Virus record (IMG/VR): IMGVR_UViG_3300017754_002176
Location: 1-46,536 of that record
DNA from: a virus
Taxonomy: Duplodnaviria > Caudoviricetes
Reading direction: 5' to 3' (one strand)
DNA: 46,536 nucleotides
In this document: positions 10,463 to 21,070 of the stretch, in pieces
How the letters are laid out: every line of letters begins with the position of its first letter
How positions within the stretch are numbered: the first letter of the stretch is position 1
Made by a program: the position numbers and the translations under genes
The notes under the pieces: model-generated
Told to the model about the DNA's origin: nothing
What the model saw: the letters and a program-made list of their open reading frames with translations, nothing else
Database searches by the model: none

Positions 10463-11326
10463 ATGGCAGTTACAACAGCAGCAATAGTTGGTATAGCAGC
10501 AACAGCAGGAACAACAGCTATGTCTTTCACACAGGCAGGTAAGCAAAGGAAACTTCAGCGTCAGGCAGAATCAGAAGCGGCTGAAGCAATGTCTGCAGCA
10601 AGGAAAAAGCTTGATGTAAATTTCTATGAGCAACTAGCTATTCAAAAAGAACCATACGAACTTGAGCGTGAGGCTTTGCTTTCAGCAGGAGCACAGGCTA
10701 TTGAGGCAGGACAAGAAAGTGAGAGGGGTGCAGCAGCTACAGCAGGCAGGGTTATGATGGCACAGCAAGCCGGTCAACGCCAAATAGCAGGTGCTATGGG
10801 TCAAGAGATGGCAGGTCTTGAGAAACTTACTGCTGCAGAAGACGCAAGGCTTGCAGGAGCTCAAGCCGGTCTTGATTTGGCTACGGCACAAGGTGCTCAA
10901 CTTGCAGCAAGAGATGCTCAGCAAGCAGCAAACCTAGCAACAACACAAGGTATGGCAGGCGTTACAAGTCTTGCAGGTCAAGTTGCTACTTCTTTGCCGT
11001 TGTTTGCAAAAACACCAAGTGCTAGGATTACAGGTCAAATAGAAAATTTTGGAACCAATAAATTGGGACTTCAACAATCTGATATTCAAAAAAGTATCGG
11101 GTTATTAGGTGTCGTTGATAATGTAGACTTTAGCAGGGTTGGAAACATGAGTGAGCTACAATTTAAAGATTTTATGGGGAAAGTTAATCCTGATACATTA
11201 AGAAAAATACAATCACAATTCCCAACTTCAGCAAGTTCGTTTATGCCTGATATGTATAAATCCCCTAACTTATTTTCTCCATCATCAACATTAGGAGCAT
11301 TTGCAATACCGGGTATTGGTGGTTAG
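10463..11326 (+). CDS. Putative DNA ejection/internal virion protein
   Basis: Ala/Gln/Gly-rich helical 287-aa protein with hydrophobic N-terminus. Confidence 0.6.
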   Translation: MAVTTAAIVGIAATAGTTAMSFTQAGKQRKLQRQAESEAAEAMSAARKKLDVNFYEQLAIQKEPYELEREALLSAGAQAIEAGQESERGAAATAGRVMMAQQAGQRQIAGAMGQEMAGLEKLTAAEDARLAGAQAGLDLATAQGAQLAARDAQQAANLATTQGMAGVTSLAGQVATSLPLFAKTPSARITGQIENFGTNKLGLQQSDIQKSIGLLGVVDNVDFSRVGNMSELQFKDFMGKVNPDTLRKIQSQFPTSASSFMPDMYKSPNLFSPSSTLGAFAIPGIGG

Positions 11327-11347
11327 TAAACAATAAATAATTAAAAG

Positions 11348-13129
11348 ATGGCAGGTACATATTTCGGTTATGCTGAGAGGAATGCGAGTGATGAAATAAA
11401 TTGGTCGCAGGTTGGTAAAAATCTTACCGACATGCTTAGCAGTGAGGCTAAGATTCGTGAAGAGAAGAAGGCGGCTATTGACAAGGCGACAAGAGAATAT
11501 GGTGAGACGTTGGCAAATGCTCCTCAAGGTGAACACCAAGGTATAAACCAATGGGCATTGACCTATGCAGATAGTGCTCAGCAAGCTAGGCTTATGCAGG
11601 ACAGGCTTCTTAAGTCAGGTCAGCTAAAGCAAAGAGACTATTTGGTTATGCGTCAGAACATAACTGATGGTACTTCTCAAGCTTTTAACCTCATCAAGGA
11701 GTACCAAGCTGAGTATAAAAATAAAATGGAAAGGTTTCAGAAAAAAGAATCTTCAGGATTTGAAGCTGATTTAATGGCTGAAGCTGAAGGATTTGCGAAT
11801 TTTAATGAATCAGAATTATATATTAATCCAACTGACTTTACTGTTAACATAGCAAAAAAAGAAAAACAAATAGTTGATGGCAAGGAGGTTTATGTGATGA
11901 GTAAAAACCCAAATAATTTTACTACGGTAAATGCCATGAGGAATAGAATCACAGGAAAGTTCAACAGGTTGGATGTATCAAAAACTCTTCAAGCGGGAGT
12001 AAACGTATTGGGTAAAGAGAAAGATGCTATAATTAAATTGGGTACACTTACTCAAGGTGGTTCAATTACTGAGATAATTGATATAACAAGACGTAAAGAT
12101 TTTGGTGTAGAGGCTAAAGAGGCTGTGTCTCTTTATCAAAGAGCAGAAGACACATATCTCGATTCAGTATTATCTAGTCCTGATGATGCCATGTCGGTTC
12201 TTTACGACTATGTAAACATTGACCCAAAGAATAAAAAAAACTATACATACACTTGGGACCCTAAAGAAGCAGGTGGTAATGTTATATTGTTTAAAAATAG
12301 TCCTGCAGGTAGACCTGTTGCTCAACTTGATGATGCACAAATGGAAGTAGCTAAAAATGCTCTTCGTGAAAAGTTTAGGATAATGCTTGATAGAGAGGTT
12401 GAGATTAAGCCTACAGCACAGGCACAGCTTCAACAGCCAAGACCACCATCAGAAGGTGAGCTAGACCGTGCTGATAAGAAAAGAGAAGCAAAAAACTTTG
12501 CAGAAAATCTATCTTCCCTTTTAACGGGTAATGACGACCAAGTAAATAGTGCTTATGGATATTTTGGAGGATTGGGAGTACGATTGAGAAGAGATGAAAA
12601 TGGAATATATGTAAAAACAAAAAGAGGAGAAGTTCCCTACCTATTTAAGAATAATACTCCTGATGATTTGGCTAAAGCAATAGTAAGTGCAACAAATGTA
12701 AATACCCTTAACGAAGATGATATTGTAGGGTTTTCAAAACAATTTAATAGGGGTCGTGGATTGAATAGAACATCAACAGGAGAATCAATAATTAGCGGAA
12801 CTGCTCCTGCTGAAGAATTTACTGCAGTGATAAATCCTTCAATATTTACTAGCAAGTCAGAAAAGTCAAGTGTAAATCTACAATCAATTTTACCAAAAGG
12901 TTTTGTGGTTAAAGACATAGGAGGACTTCTAGGTAATGATGTTGAAGTTACTGCACCTGACGGAGTTACAAAGTATATATATAACGCAAATATGAAAAAG
13001 GATGATGCAGAAGCTGCAGTTGATGACCTTCAACAATTTATACAACTAAATAATGTAACTTCAACTGCAGCACCTGCTGCAGTAAAACCTGCAGTTCAAT
13101 CAACAATGAAACCGGGAAGGGATAGATAA
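11348..13129 (+). CDS. Putative internal virion/ejection protein
   Basis: 593 aa, helical; middle gene of a small-medium-giant triplet. Confidence 0.55.
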   Translation: MAGTYFGYAERNASDEINWSQVGKNLTDMLSSEAKIREEKKAAIDKATREYGETLANAPQGEHQGINQWALTYADSAQQARLMQDRLLKSGQLKQRDYLVMRQNITDGTSQAFNLIKEYQAEYKNKMERFQKKESSGFEADLMAEAEGFANFNESELYINPTDFTVNIAKKEKQIVDGKEVYVMSKNPNNFTTVNAMRNRITGKFNRLDVSKTLQAGVNVLGKEKDAIIKLGTLTQGGSITEIIDITRRKDFGVEAKEAVSLYQRAEDTYLDSVLSSPDDAMSVLYDYVNIDPKNKKNYTYTWDPKEAGGNVILFKNSPAGRPVAQLDDAQMEVAKNALREKFRIMLDREVEIKPTAQAQLQQPRPPSEGELDRADKKREAKNFAENLSSLLTGNDDQVNSAYGYFGGLGVRLRRDENGIYVKTKRGEVPYLFKNNTPDDLAKAIVSATNVNTLNEDDIVGFSKQFNRGRGLNRTSTGESIISGTAPAEEFTAVINPSIFTSKSEKSSVNLQSILPKGFVVKDIGGLLGNDVEVTAPDGVTKYIYNANMKKDDAEAAVDDLQQFIQLNNVTSTAAPAAVKPAVQSTMKPGRDR

Positions 13130-13150
13130 AATTAAAATAAAAAATTAAGC

Positions 13151-16100
13151 ATGCCGGACTTAAGACAAGCATTAAGAGATTTTGTAACTACATCTAATAG
13201 TGGAAAGTATAGTGATGAGGCTACCTTGTTATCAAAATTCCCTGAACTTAAAGGATATAGTATTGATGCTTTAAGGGATTTTGTAACTACATCAAATAGT
13301 GGAAAGTATGCCACAGAAGATGAGTTGCTATCCAAGTTCCCCGAATTTGGGATTGGTACTACAGAAATAAAAAAAAAAGAGGTCGTCCTCCCTCCAAGCC
13401 CAAACCCAAATGCTACGGATTTACCATTGGGCATTGGTTCATTGGAATATGCAAAACCAACTAAGCCTGTTGCAGTAAAAGATGCAGAGAAACTTGCGGT
13501 TGGTCCAATGGGCATAACAGGACTAGAGAGAACTAAAGACTATGTGCCTGCTAGCGACCAAGGCAAACAGGGTACTATATTAAATACCGTATCATCATTA
13601 GATAAAGGTTTCTACAAGAACCTTATAGGTAGTCCCGTAAAAGGATTAGGTACTGCTTTAGAGGGTGTTACAGGAAAAGGATTTGTTAGTGATGCACTCA
13701 TTAGGTTTGGTGACTATTTCAATAAAACAATTGACGAACTAACTCCTCAAGATGAAGAGTTTAAGAATAGCTTGACCGACCAATTTGGTCAAGCGTTTGG
13801 ACAGGTTGCATCACTAGTTGTTACGCAAGGTGCTGCAGGATTAGCATCAAAAGCTCCAACCGCAGCAGCTGCAGCGAAATCAGCATTGGCGGCACAAACT
13901 GCACCAACTGCAGCAGGAGCAGTGTCAGCTTTAAAGACATTGGGTTCTGAACTAGCTAGTCCAACTGCAGTAAGTGCCGGCTTGGCAATGGGTCAAGGAG
14001 AATTTGAAAGGGCGAAGGCAGCAGGGGCAACAGACGAGCAAGCGTTTGAAGCATTTTACAAGAACGCAGCTGTTGGCTCAGTGCTAGAGAAGATACCTGT
14101 CATGCAGTTCTTGAAACGATTCGAGAAGGCAAGTGCAGGTGGTATCAGCAATTACATTAAGACAAAAGGAGTTTCAGGTATTGTAGGAGGTATTGAGGAG
14201 ATGACCACTGAGGTTCTCCAAGGTATCTACGCAAACTTAACAGCACAAGATATTTACGATTCGAATCAAAAGATGTTTGATGGTATTGGTGAAGCAGGTG
14301 GTGTAGGATTTGGTGTTGGTTTCTTGCTTAATGCCATGGGTGTTAACGTAAAAATATTAAGAAGCGAAGGAAGAGAAGAGGAGGCACAGGTTGTAGAAAA
14401 CCAAATTGCACAGTTTGAATCTCAAGCAGCTAATGGTGGTGTATCTTCTTATAAGATTAGTGGTGTATCTGTAAAGTCTCCTGAGATTATCAATAAGATG
14501 ATTGATAATATGGATGCCACTGACTTGCTAAGGGCAAACATTGAGATAGAGAATGACCCCGAACTTAATACCAAGTTACAGGATAAGATTGTAACATCAT
14601 CTATTAAGGAGCAGGTAAGACAAGGGAATCCCGACCTCAATGAGACTAGTCTTGATGCCATCACTAAATTAGAGTTGGAGTTAAGAAAGCTAGAAGGAAA
14701 TACAACACAAACCGGTAAGGACAAAGCTGCTGCAATAAGGTCTCAGATAAAAAACATTCAAGAGAATCAACTAACCGAAGAGGTAGATAATACAGCTAGG
14801 ATTGCTGAGTTGGAGGGAATACTTTCAAGTGCTGACAGTAACCTTGCAGAGACAGGCTTTACATCACTATCTCAAGATGCAAGAGTTGAAATAGAAAAAG
14901 AATTACAAGACTTAAAAACAAAACAAGATGTTCAAAAGCAAACAGCAGGTCAAGTACCTGTACAGTCAAGAACCGAAGGTGGCAGAGAAGTGGCGGAAGG
15001 AGAACCCGAAGCAGGACCTCAAGTCACTACCGAAGAAGGTGTCCAAGCAGAAGTCGTCCAAGAAGAAGTAGACCAAGACATTGAAAGGAATAGGATTAGC
15101 GATAAAGTATTTGAAGCCAAGAAGAACATGGCGAGGGCAGATGATACTGAGGCAGCAATAAAAGAATACAATGCAGCCAAGAAAGAGTTGGATGACTTTG
15201 ATGCATCTGTAGAGGAAAAGAAGGATAAGAAAAGGGCACAGTTAAGTGTTCAAAATATTATTGAGGATGAGAAGACTGAATCTCAAAAGCCAAATTATGA
15301 GTACAAAGAATTGTACGACCAAGACCCAAGGTTAGCTGCATTGCAAAGTTCAAAAGACTTGCTTGACTTTATTAAGTCTGAAAACCTAGAGGAAAGAAGT
15401 GCTACAAGAGGACAGACTATTGAAGAGGCAAAGAAATCCCAAGAACGTAGCATATCATATATTGAGCAAAGCATTGCTGACTTAGAAGCAGACCTTCAAG
15501 CTAACCCTATAGTGTCCTCAAAGACACAGGAGGTTGCACCCGTTGCTGAAGCAGTACTTGAGGTAGAGCAGTACGTCCCAATAACTGAAAGTGAATTGTC
15601 TCATAGCAAGTTTACAAGAGACAATGCCACTAATTACGAAGAAGATGAAAGGGAGTTAGAAAGTGGTAGAATGTCTACATATCTTTCATCCATAACAGTT
15701 TCATTAGAGGATGAAAACGGAGACACTGTTGGTGGTCTTACAAAACTTACTGATGAATACGGTGATGTCACTTGGAATGTTGAAGACGAGGATGGTATTC
15801 AACTATCGGAAGATGGATACGATACTAAAGAAGAAGCAAAGAAGGCTCTTGTAAATAAAATTAATAAGACAAGAAAGAAAGAGTTTGATAAGGAAGTAAA
15901 AAGAAAAGCCAAGGCTGCTGAAAAAGAAGCTGCAAAAAAAGCTAAGGCTGAATCAAAGAAAAAAACTAAATTAGCAAAAGATGAAACAGTACGACCCCAA
16001 CCAACCGGAGACAGAACAGGACGGACAGAGAGCAGCCCAATTACGCCTCTTGAAGGTGCACCGTCAGTTCCGGGCGTTAACGGACCGGACCCACAACTTG

Positions 16101-19100
16101 TTGCCGTTGCAGAACAATATGCAAAAGACAACGGAATCCCCTTCAAAAGACAGGCAGAGTACGTCAAAGTAGACGAGAAAAGAGCAAAGAGAATAGCTGA
16201 TGCCTATGAGGCAATGGCTAATGACCCACAGAATCCCAAAGTAAAGGAAGCGTATCAGAACCTTATCAAGCAAACAATTGCCCAATACAAGGCATTGGAA
16301 GATGCAGGATATAAGTTTTGGTTTATGGATTTGAACATACCTAGTAATGCTGAGTATGCATCAACTCCATATAATGCTATCCGTGATTTGCGAAAGAATA
16401 AAGAGATGGGTGTATTCCCAACTACAGATGGATATGGTGATGGTGGTTTAACTGAAATAGATGTAGAAAACAATCCAATGTTAGCTGACACGGGATTGAA
16501 ATGGGCGGTTGGTGGACCGGGTGGTGAAATGAAAACAGTATTAGCCAATGACCTTTTCCGTGCAGTACATGATGCGTTTGGTCATGGCTTAGAAGGTGCA
16601 GGATTTAGAGCAAGGGGAGAAGAGAATGCTTGGCAAGCTCACGTAAGATTATTTACAGGCTCAGCTATTGGTGCTATAACAAGCGAGACAAGAGGACAGA
16701 ATTCATGGTTGAACTACGGACCTAATGGAGAGCAGAACAAAACAGCGAAAGTTGAGGACACTGTTTTTGCAGAACAGAAGGTAGGTCTTATGCCCAAGTG
16801 GACATGGACAGAAGGAAAGGCTGCTGACATGGAAGAAAAGCAGCCACCAAAACCAAAAGCAAAACCTGTTGTAGAAGAGGAAGCCGGACCTACTGCAGAA
16901 GACTTATCCTCAATTGAAGCGATGCTTGATTTGGATATGGATAACGAGGATAATATGCTCAGTGTCCTAAACGCTCTTGATAAAGTAGATAATGCAATAA
17001 CAAAAAGGCTTCGTGGTGGTGCTAACGATGCTCTACTTGCATTACCATTATCTACTGTACAATTAGTAGTGAAAACACTTAAGGCATTGGTCAAGGGTGG
17101 TATGATGCTACGTGATGCCATCAGGAAAGTATCTGCTGACAATAACATCTCTCAGCAATTGGTCAAGGATATACTTAACATATCTGAGATTCAAGATGGT
17201 TTCAATGAGTTGATGGATAAGGTTGGTGCTATGATTGAACGCCAAAGAAGAAGAGGCACTCCTGAAGCTAGAATGATTAGCAACATTGATACCCTTGTTA
17301 GGAACTCAGAGGTATACCAAAATGCAAATGATGCACAAAAGAAAATCCTAGAAAGGGAAGCAAGGGCAAAGGCAGGTGCTCCTGCTAGAAGAGCCCCGTC
17401 TATAGGTCGTATCCTTGGTGCACTAAAAGACATTACAAATGTGTCTAGGGAAGACAAGCTTAAAATCATAAGTCAGATAAGGCAGTTGTCAAAAGACGCA
17501 GCCAAAGATTTGGCAAATGAAATCCGTGACCTGCAAAAGACCGGTAAGATTACTGTCAGCCAAGCAGCGAACATTGTTGCAAGGTTTGGTAAGGTAAATA
17601 TGCTCAGCGAAATATCAGTGTCAAAGTTTGTTGATTACATGACCAAGGTCTTTAACGATGCTGAGTATAATTCAAAGTTGAGTTCAGCAAAGAGCACCAA
17701 GAGAGATATTGCCAAGCTTTCAAAGAACAAAGACAAAGATGCCAACCTCAGAGACTTGGGTCAGGAGTTTATCAAGATAGACCCATCAATGGTTAAAGAC
17801 ATTGACGAGTATAATGAGATGGCATCTAAGATAAAGGAAGCCATCAAAGGGTCAACCATTAGAGGTCAGAAGGTGTCATTCGCTAGTACCGTTAATGTTC
17901 AAGATGCATCTGCATATATTAAGGATACGTTGGACGCTCAAGACAAAATGATGCGTGCAGAAAAGGCTGCTGAGATACAAAGCCTTATGGGAATTGACGT
18001 ATCTGAGTTTAGCTATGACGATATGATGATGCTGTTAGAGAGTGATAAACCTATTACCAAATACAATGAGGGCATCATCAGAGATACTATTAACAGAGCG
18101 TTTGGTATATACTCAAGCATCATAAAGGATGCGATGAGAACAGGCAAAGACCCATTCACGGGTGAGGATGTTAAGTTCACTGACTCTCAAAAGGATGTGG
18201 TTAATAGGTTCATGGCTATGGACTTGAATGTTCTTAGTCCTAAAGAAGCACTTCAGGCTGTTGACGCTCTTGCTAACTTCTTGCAGAATCAATCTACTGC
18301 AAGGATGGAGGCTGTCGTTTCACAATACAATGGAATTGTAGGTACAAAAGAACTTAAGGCAAAGGGAATAAAAGCTTTTAAACTAAGGAAGTACGGCTCT
18401 CCATTGCTTGCAAGATTCTTAGGAGAGCAGACCACAAACCTTAATGTTCTTTTTGAAAGAATGTTTAAAGGTGTTACTGCAGGAGGCATGGTGATGGATA
18501 AGATGGGATTAACAAAGCTTATCAATAAGAAAGCAGCTGCGCAAACAGAAGCCAATAAAATTGTAGATAGATTTGTTAATTTATTCTACGATAAGAAAGC
18601 AAATGGAGAAGCATTTAACTCTTCATATAACAACACTGAAAGGGGCATGGCAGCCTTTATGATGAGGAATGTTATTGGTACTGAGCAGGAGATGAAGGCT
18701 GAGTTCAATAGAAGGAAAGGTCTTATAAAAGAATCAATAACTGCACTTAAAAAAGGAAATGACAAAGAGAAGGCTAAAGCTGAACTATATCAAAAAGTTT
18801 ACGATAATATACTAGCAGATTCAAATACAATTGAAGAAGTAAAAAAGAAAGTAGACGAAGTAAACCTAGAAGGTATTAACTTTTGGTTGGATGAGTGGAA
18901 CAATAAATACGACCAATTAGCTGAGGTAGCTGAAAACGTATACAATAAAAAACTAGACAAGGATATTAACTACACCCCTGATAGGTTCTTTACGCTTAGC
19001 TCAGATACGGGTGCTGTAGAGATTAGCAATAGTGAGTCTGCGTTCTTGGTCAATAGCGGAACAAACGATTTATACCAAAGGGAGACAGGCGTTTTGATGG

Positions 19101-21070
19101 AAGCAGTTAGACCCGACTCATTGTCTAAGGGTAGGTATATTGATTTGTCATTTGATAATAACAATGCAAACTCAATGTATGATGCATTGGTTGACATTAA
19201 TACTGCTGCACCTATAAGACAGATTGAAGCATTCTTGAACTCTCCTGACTTTGAAAGCGTGTTTCCTAATTCTGATGATGCAGAAATCATAAAGGGTAAA
19301 AAAGGAAAACCGGGAAGGATTGATATGTACATTAGAAACATAAGGAATAAGAATCCTTATTCTAATGATGAGTTAGCTTCGGTAGTAAAGAAACTTAATA
19401 AGATTGCCGCCATTGGTGTTGGTCAAGCGTTGGGTGGTTTTACTCAACCATTCAAGCAGGTTATTCCTGTTATGCTTAACACTCTTGTCAATGCAAAAGG
19501 TAAGCTAGACTTGTCTGCAACATTTAATAAAGCTAAGAACGACTTTATTAATAATTCAGGATACTCAATTGCCAATAGAGGTATTGAGTCTCAGGCACAA
19601 GTAGAGTCATTAAATAAGTTGGTAGAAGAGGTATCAAAGTCTAAGGGTGAAAAGCTTATCAATGGCATTGAAAAACTGAACAAGTGGTGGCTAGATACAT
19701 TCTTGGTTAAGCCGGATGTATTTATTGCTAGAGCATCTTGGCTTACGTACTATGAACAATCTTTGCAAAAGCAGGGTATTGATACAAAAGATTTAGACTA
19801 CTCTACTCATAAACTAAATGAGGATGCTGCCAACTACGCTCAGCGTATGGTTGATAGGCAACAGAACGTGTCAGATTCAGACCTAGCAGGAAAGTTTTTT
19901 GCAAGCAGAGAATCGTCAACTCAATTGTTGGTTAAAACAATAATGCCATTTGCTAGCTTCAGAATGAACCAAGCATCTAGGTTGGGTGCTGACCTTGCTA
20001 CATTAACCAATAAGACATCTTCAAAAGAAGATAAGGACATAGCAGCAAGGTCTCTTGCAGGATTTGGTGTTGAGGTGGCAACATTTAGATTGGTGTCAAT
20101 CGGCATATCAATATTGTTAGGCAGTTTGTCAAAGGCAATAATGGGGATAGATGAGGATGATGAGGAGTATGAAAAGAGGGTTGACAACATTATAAAGGGT
20201 GCTAGGACAGGAACATTTACTGACATCTTCTCTCCTTTGCCTATTTTAGATAAGCCAATTCAAGAGATAGGTGCTGCTATAACACAACAAATTGAGGATG
20301 TAACAGAACTTCCTGTTGCTATGTACTCTCCAAAATCAGGAGAGTACTTCCAAAGTGCAGGTTTGTTTGGTATATCTCTTGAACGGGCATCTCAATTAGC
20401 TGAAATAATAAAACTGTCTGTAACAGGAGAATATACCGATGACTTTGGCAAAAAGAAGACAATATCTTCTGATGCACAAGACGCTCTGAAGATGCTTATT
20501 GTTCCTGCATTAATGACAAATGTTGGACTTGCTCCATCTGAGGTTAACAGCATTGTTAGATATGGTATTAAGGATTCAAAAAAGGCAAGGAAAAGCTCTC
20601 AAGAGAAGAAAGAAAAGGTAGAAAGAACAGAAGATAGAGAAGAGAATAAACAGCAGAAGCTAGAAGCGTTTGAGAATGTAAAACAAGAAACATCTGACCC
20701 CGAAATTCTTAATGCTATAAATGAGAAGATAAAGGAACTTAAAGCAACTTCACAGCAGAAGACTCAGATTGAAAAGAAAAACAAAGCTGAGCGTTCTTTA
20801 AAGAAGTCTTTACTCGTAGACCCTGCAACCGGAGAAGAGTATGATACCGAAACAGAACTCAAGAGGTACAACAAAGACTTATGGGAGCAAAACTTTGGAG
20901 AGGATTCTAAATGGTTCAGAGAGCATGAGGCAGAAAAAGAAGCAGAGAAGTTATTGAACCAAGAGATTAGGAGAATGGAAGACGAAGAGTATGACTACAC
21001 TGCTCCCAAGAAAAAGAAAAGAGCAAGGAACTCTGACGGAACATTCAAAAGAAAGCGAAGAGAACTCTAG
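13151..21070 (+). CDS. Giant internal virion/ejection protein (polyvalent type)
   Basis: 2639 aa, last structural gene; N-terminal 33-aa duplication, Gly/Ala-rich segments, FRAVHDAFGH...GEENAW motif. Confidence 0.65.
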   Translation: MPDLRQALRDFVTTSNSGKYSDEATLLSKFPELKGYSIDALRDFVTTSNSGKYATEDELLSKFPEFGIGTTEIKKKEVVLPPSPNPNATDLPLGIGSLEYAKPTKPVAVKDAEKLAVGPMGITGLERTKDYVPASDQGKQGTILNTVSSLDKGFYKNLIGSPVKGLGTALEGVTGKGFVSDALIRFGDYFNKTIDELTPQDEEFKNSLTDQFGQAFGQVASLVVTQGAAGLASKAPTAAAAAKSALAAQTAPTAAGAVSALKTLGSELASPTAVSAGLAMGQGEFERAKAAGATDEQAFEAFYKNAAVGSVLEKIPVMQFLKRFEKASAGGISNYIKTKGVSGIVGGIEEMTTEVLQGIYANLTAQDIYDSNQKMFDGIGEAGGVGFGVGFLLNAMGVNVKILRSEGREEEAQVVENQIAQFESQAANGGVSSYKISGVSVKSPEIINKMIDNMDATDLLRANIEIENDPELNTKLQDKIVTSSIKEQVRQGNPDLNETSLDAITKLELELRKLEGNTTQTGKDKAAAIRSQIKNIQENQLTEEVDNTARIAELEGILSSADSNLAETGFTSLSQDARVEIEKELQDLKTKQDVQKQTAGQVPVQSRTEGGREVAEGEPEAGPQVTTEEGVQAEVVQEEVDQDIERNRISDKVFEAKKNMARADDTEAAIKEYNAAKKELDDFDASVEEKKDKKRAQLSVQNIIEDEKTESQKPNYEYKELYDQDPRLAALQSSKDLLDFIKSENLEERSATRGQTIEEAKKSQERSISYIEQSIADLEADLQANPIVSSKTQEVAPVAEAVLEVEQYVPITESELSHSKFTRDNATNYEEDERELESGRMSTYLSSITVSLEDENGDTVGGLTKLTDEYGDVTWNVEDEDGIQLSEDGYDTKEEAKKALVNKINKTRKKEFDKEVKRKAKAAEKEAAKKAKAESKKKTKLAKDETVRPQPTGDRTGRTESSPITPLEGAPSVPGVNGPDPQLVAVAEQYAKDNGIPFKRQAEYVKVDEKRAKRIADAYEAMANDPQNPKVKEAYQNLIKQTIAQYKALEDAGYKFWFMDLNIPSNAEYASTPYNAIRDLRKNKEMGVFPTTDGYGDGGLTEIDVENNPMLADTGLKWAVGGPGGEMKTVLANDLFRAVHDAFGHGLEGAGFRARGEENAWQAHVRLFTGSAIGAITSETRGQNSWLNYGPNGEQNKTAKVEDTVFAEQKVGLMPKWTWTEGKAADMEEKQPPKPKAKPVVEEEAGPTAEDLSSIEAMLDLDMDNEDNMLSVLNALDKVDNAITKRLRGGANDALLALPLSTVQLVVKTLKALVKGGMMLRDAIRKVSADNNISQQLVKDILNISEIQDGFNELMDKVGAMIERQRRRGTPEARMISNIDTLVRNSEVYQNANDAQKKILEREARAKAGAPARRAPSIGRILGALKDITNVSREDKLKIISQIRQLSKDAAKDLANEIRDLQKTGKITVSQAANIVARFGKVNMLSEISVSKFVDYMTKVFNDAEYNSKLSSAKSTKRDIAKLSKNKDKDANLRDLGQEFIKIDPSMVKDIDEYNEMASKIKEAIKGSTIRGQKVSFASTVNVQDASAYIKDTLDAQDKMMRAEKAAEIQSLMGIDVSEFSYDDMMMLLESDKPITKYNEGIIRDTINRAFGIYSSIIKDAMRTGKDPFTGEDVKFTDSQKDVVNRFMAMDLNVLSPKEALQAVDALANFLQNQSTARMEAVVSQYNGIVGTKELKAKGIKAFKLRKYGSPLLARFLGEQTTNLNVLFERMFKGVTAGGMVMDKMGLTKLINKKAAAQTEANKIVDRFVNLFYDKKANGEAFNSSYNNTERGMAAFMMRNVIGTEQEMKAEFNRRKGLIKESITALKKGNDKEKAKAELYQKVYDNILADSNTIEEVKKKVDEVNLEGINFWLDEWNNKYDQLAEVAENVYNKKLDKDINYTPDRFFTLSSDTGAVEISNSESAFLVNSGTNDLYQRETGVLMEAVRPDSLSKGRYIDLSFDNNNANSMYDALVDINTAAPIRQIEAFLNSPDFESVFPNSDDAEIIKGKKGKPGRIDMYIRNIRNKNPYSNDELASVVKKLNKIAAIGVGQALGGFTQPFKQVIPVMLNTLVNAKGKLDLSATFNKAKNDFINNSGYSIANRGIESQAQVESLNKLVEEVSKSKGEKLINGIEKLNKWWLDTFLVKPDVFIARASWLTYYEQSLQKQGIDTKDLDYSTHKLNEDAANYAQRMVDRQQNVSDSDLAGKFFASRESSTQLLVKTIMPFASFRMNQASRLGADLATLTNKTSSKEDKDIAARSLAGFGVEVATFRLVSIGISILLGSLSKAIMGIDEDDEEYEKRVDNIIKGARTGTFTDIFSPLPILDKPIQEIGAAITQQIEDVTELPVAMYSPKSGEYFQSAGLFGISLERASQLAEIIKLSVTGEYTDDFGKKKTISSDAQDALKMLIVPALMTNVGLAPSEVNSIVRYGIKDSKKARKSSQEKKEKVERTEDREENKQQKLEAFENVKQETSDPEILNAINEKIKELKATSQQKTQIEKKNKAERSLKKSLLVDPATGEEYDTETELKRYNKDLWEQNFGEDSKWFREHEAEKEAEKLLNQEIRRMEDEEYDYTAPKKKKRARNSDGTFKRKRREL
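13171..13343 (+). repeat. 99-bp-period tandem duplication in the N-terminus of the giant gene
   Basis: ALRDFVTTSNSGKY...LLSKFPE encoded twice. Confidence 0.9.
14928..15071 (+). CDS. Nested +1-frame small basic protein, 47 aa
   Basis: MFKSKQQVKYLYSQEPKVAEKWRKENPKQDLKSLPKKVSKQKSSKKK*, preceded by A-rich AAAAACAAAACAAG; resembles small phage proteins beginning M(P)FKSxxQ. Confidence 0.6.
   Translation: MFKSKQQVKYLYSQEPKVAEKWRKENPKQDLKSLPKKVSKQKSSKKK

Noticed and set aside
13369-13378. A10 run as a programmed frameshift or slippage site
   Set aside because: The frame is open through it and it is explained by Lys codons; no supporting structure seen
521-20226. Minus-strand ORFs under the structural genes, and + strand ORFs under 22006-41638
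   Set aside because: Antisense shadows of longer genes, with no motifs or plausible starts
13151-21070. crAss-type virion RNA polymerase
   Set aside because: No DxDxD/DFDID-type catalytic motif seen in the 2639-aa protein
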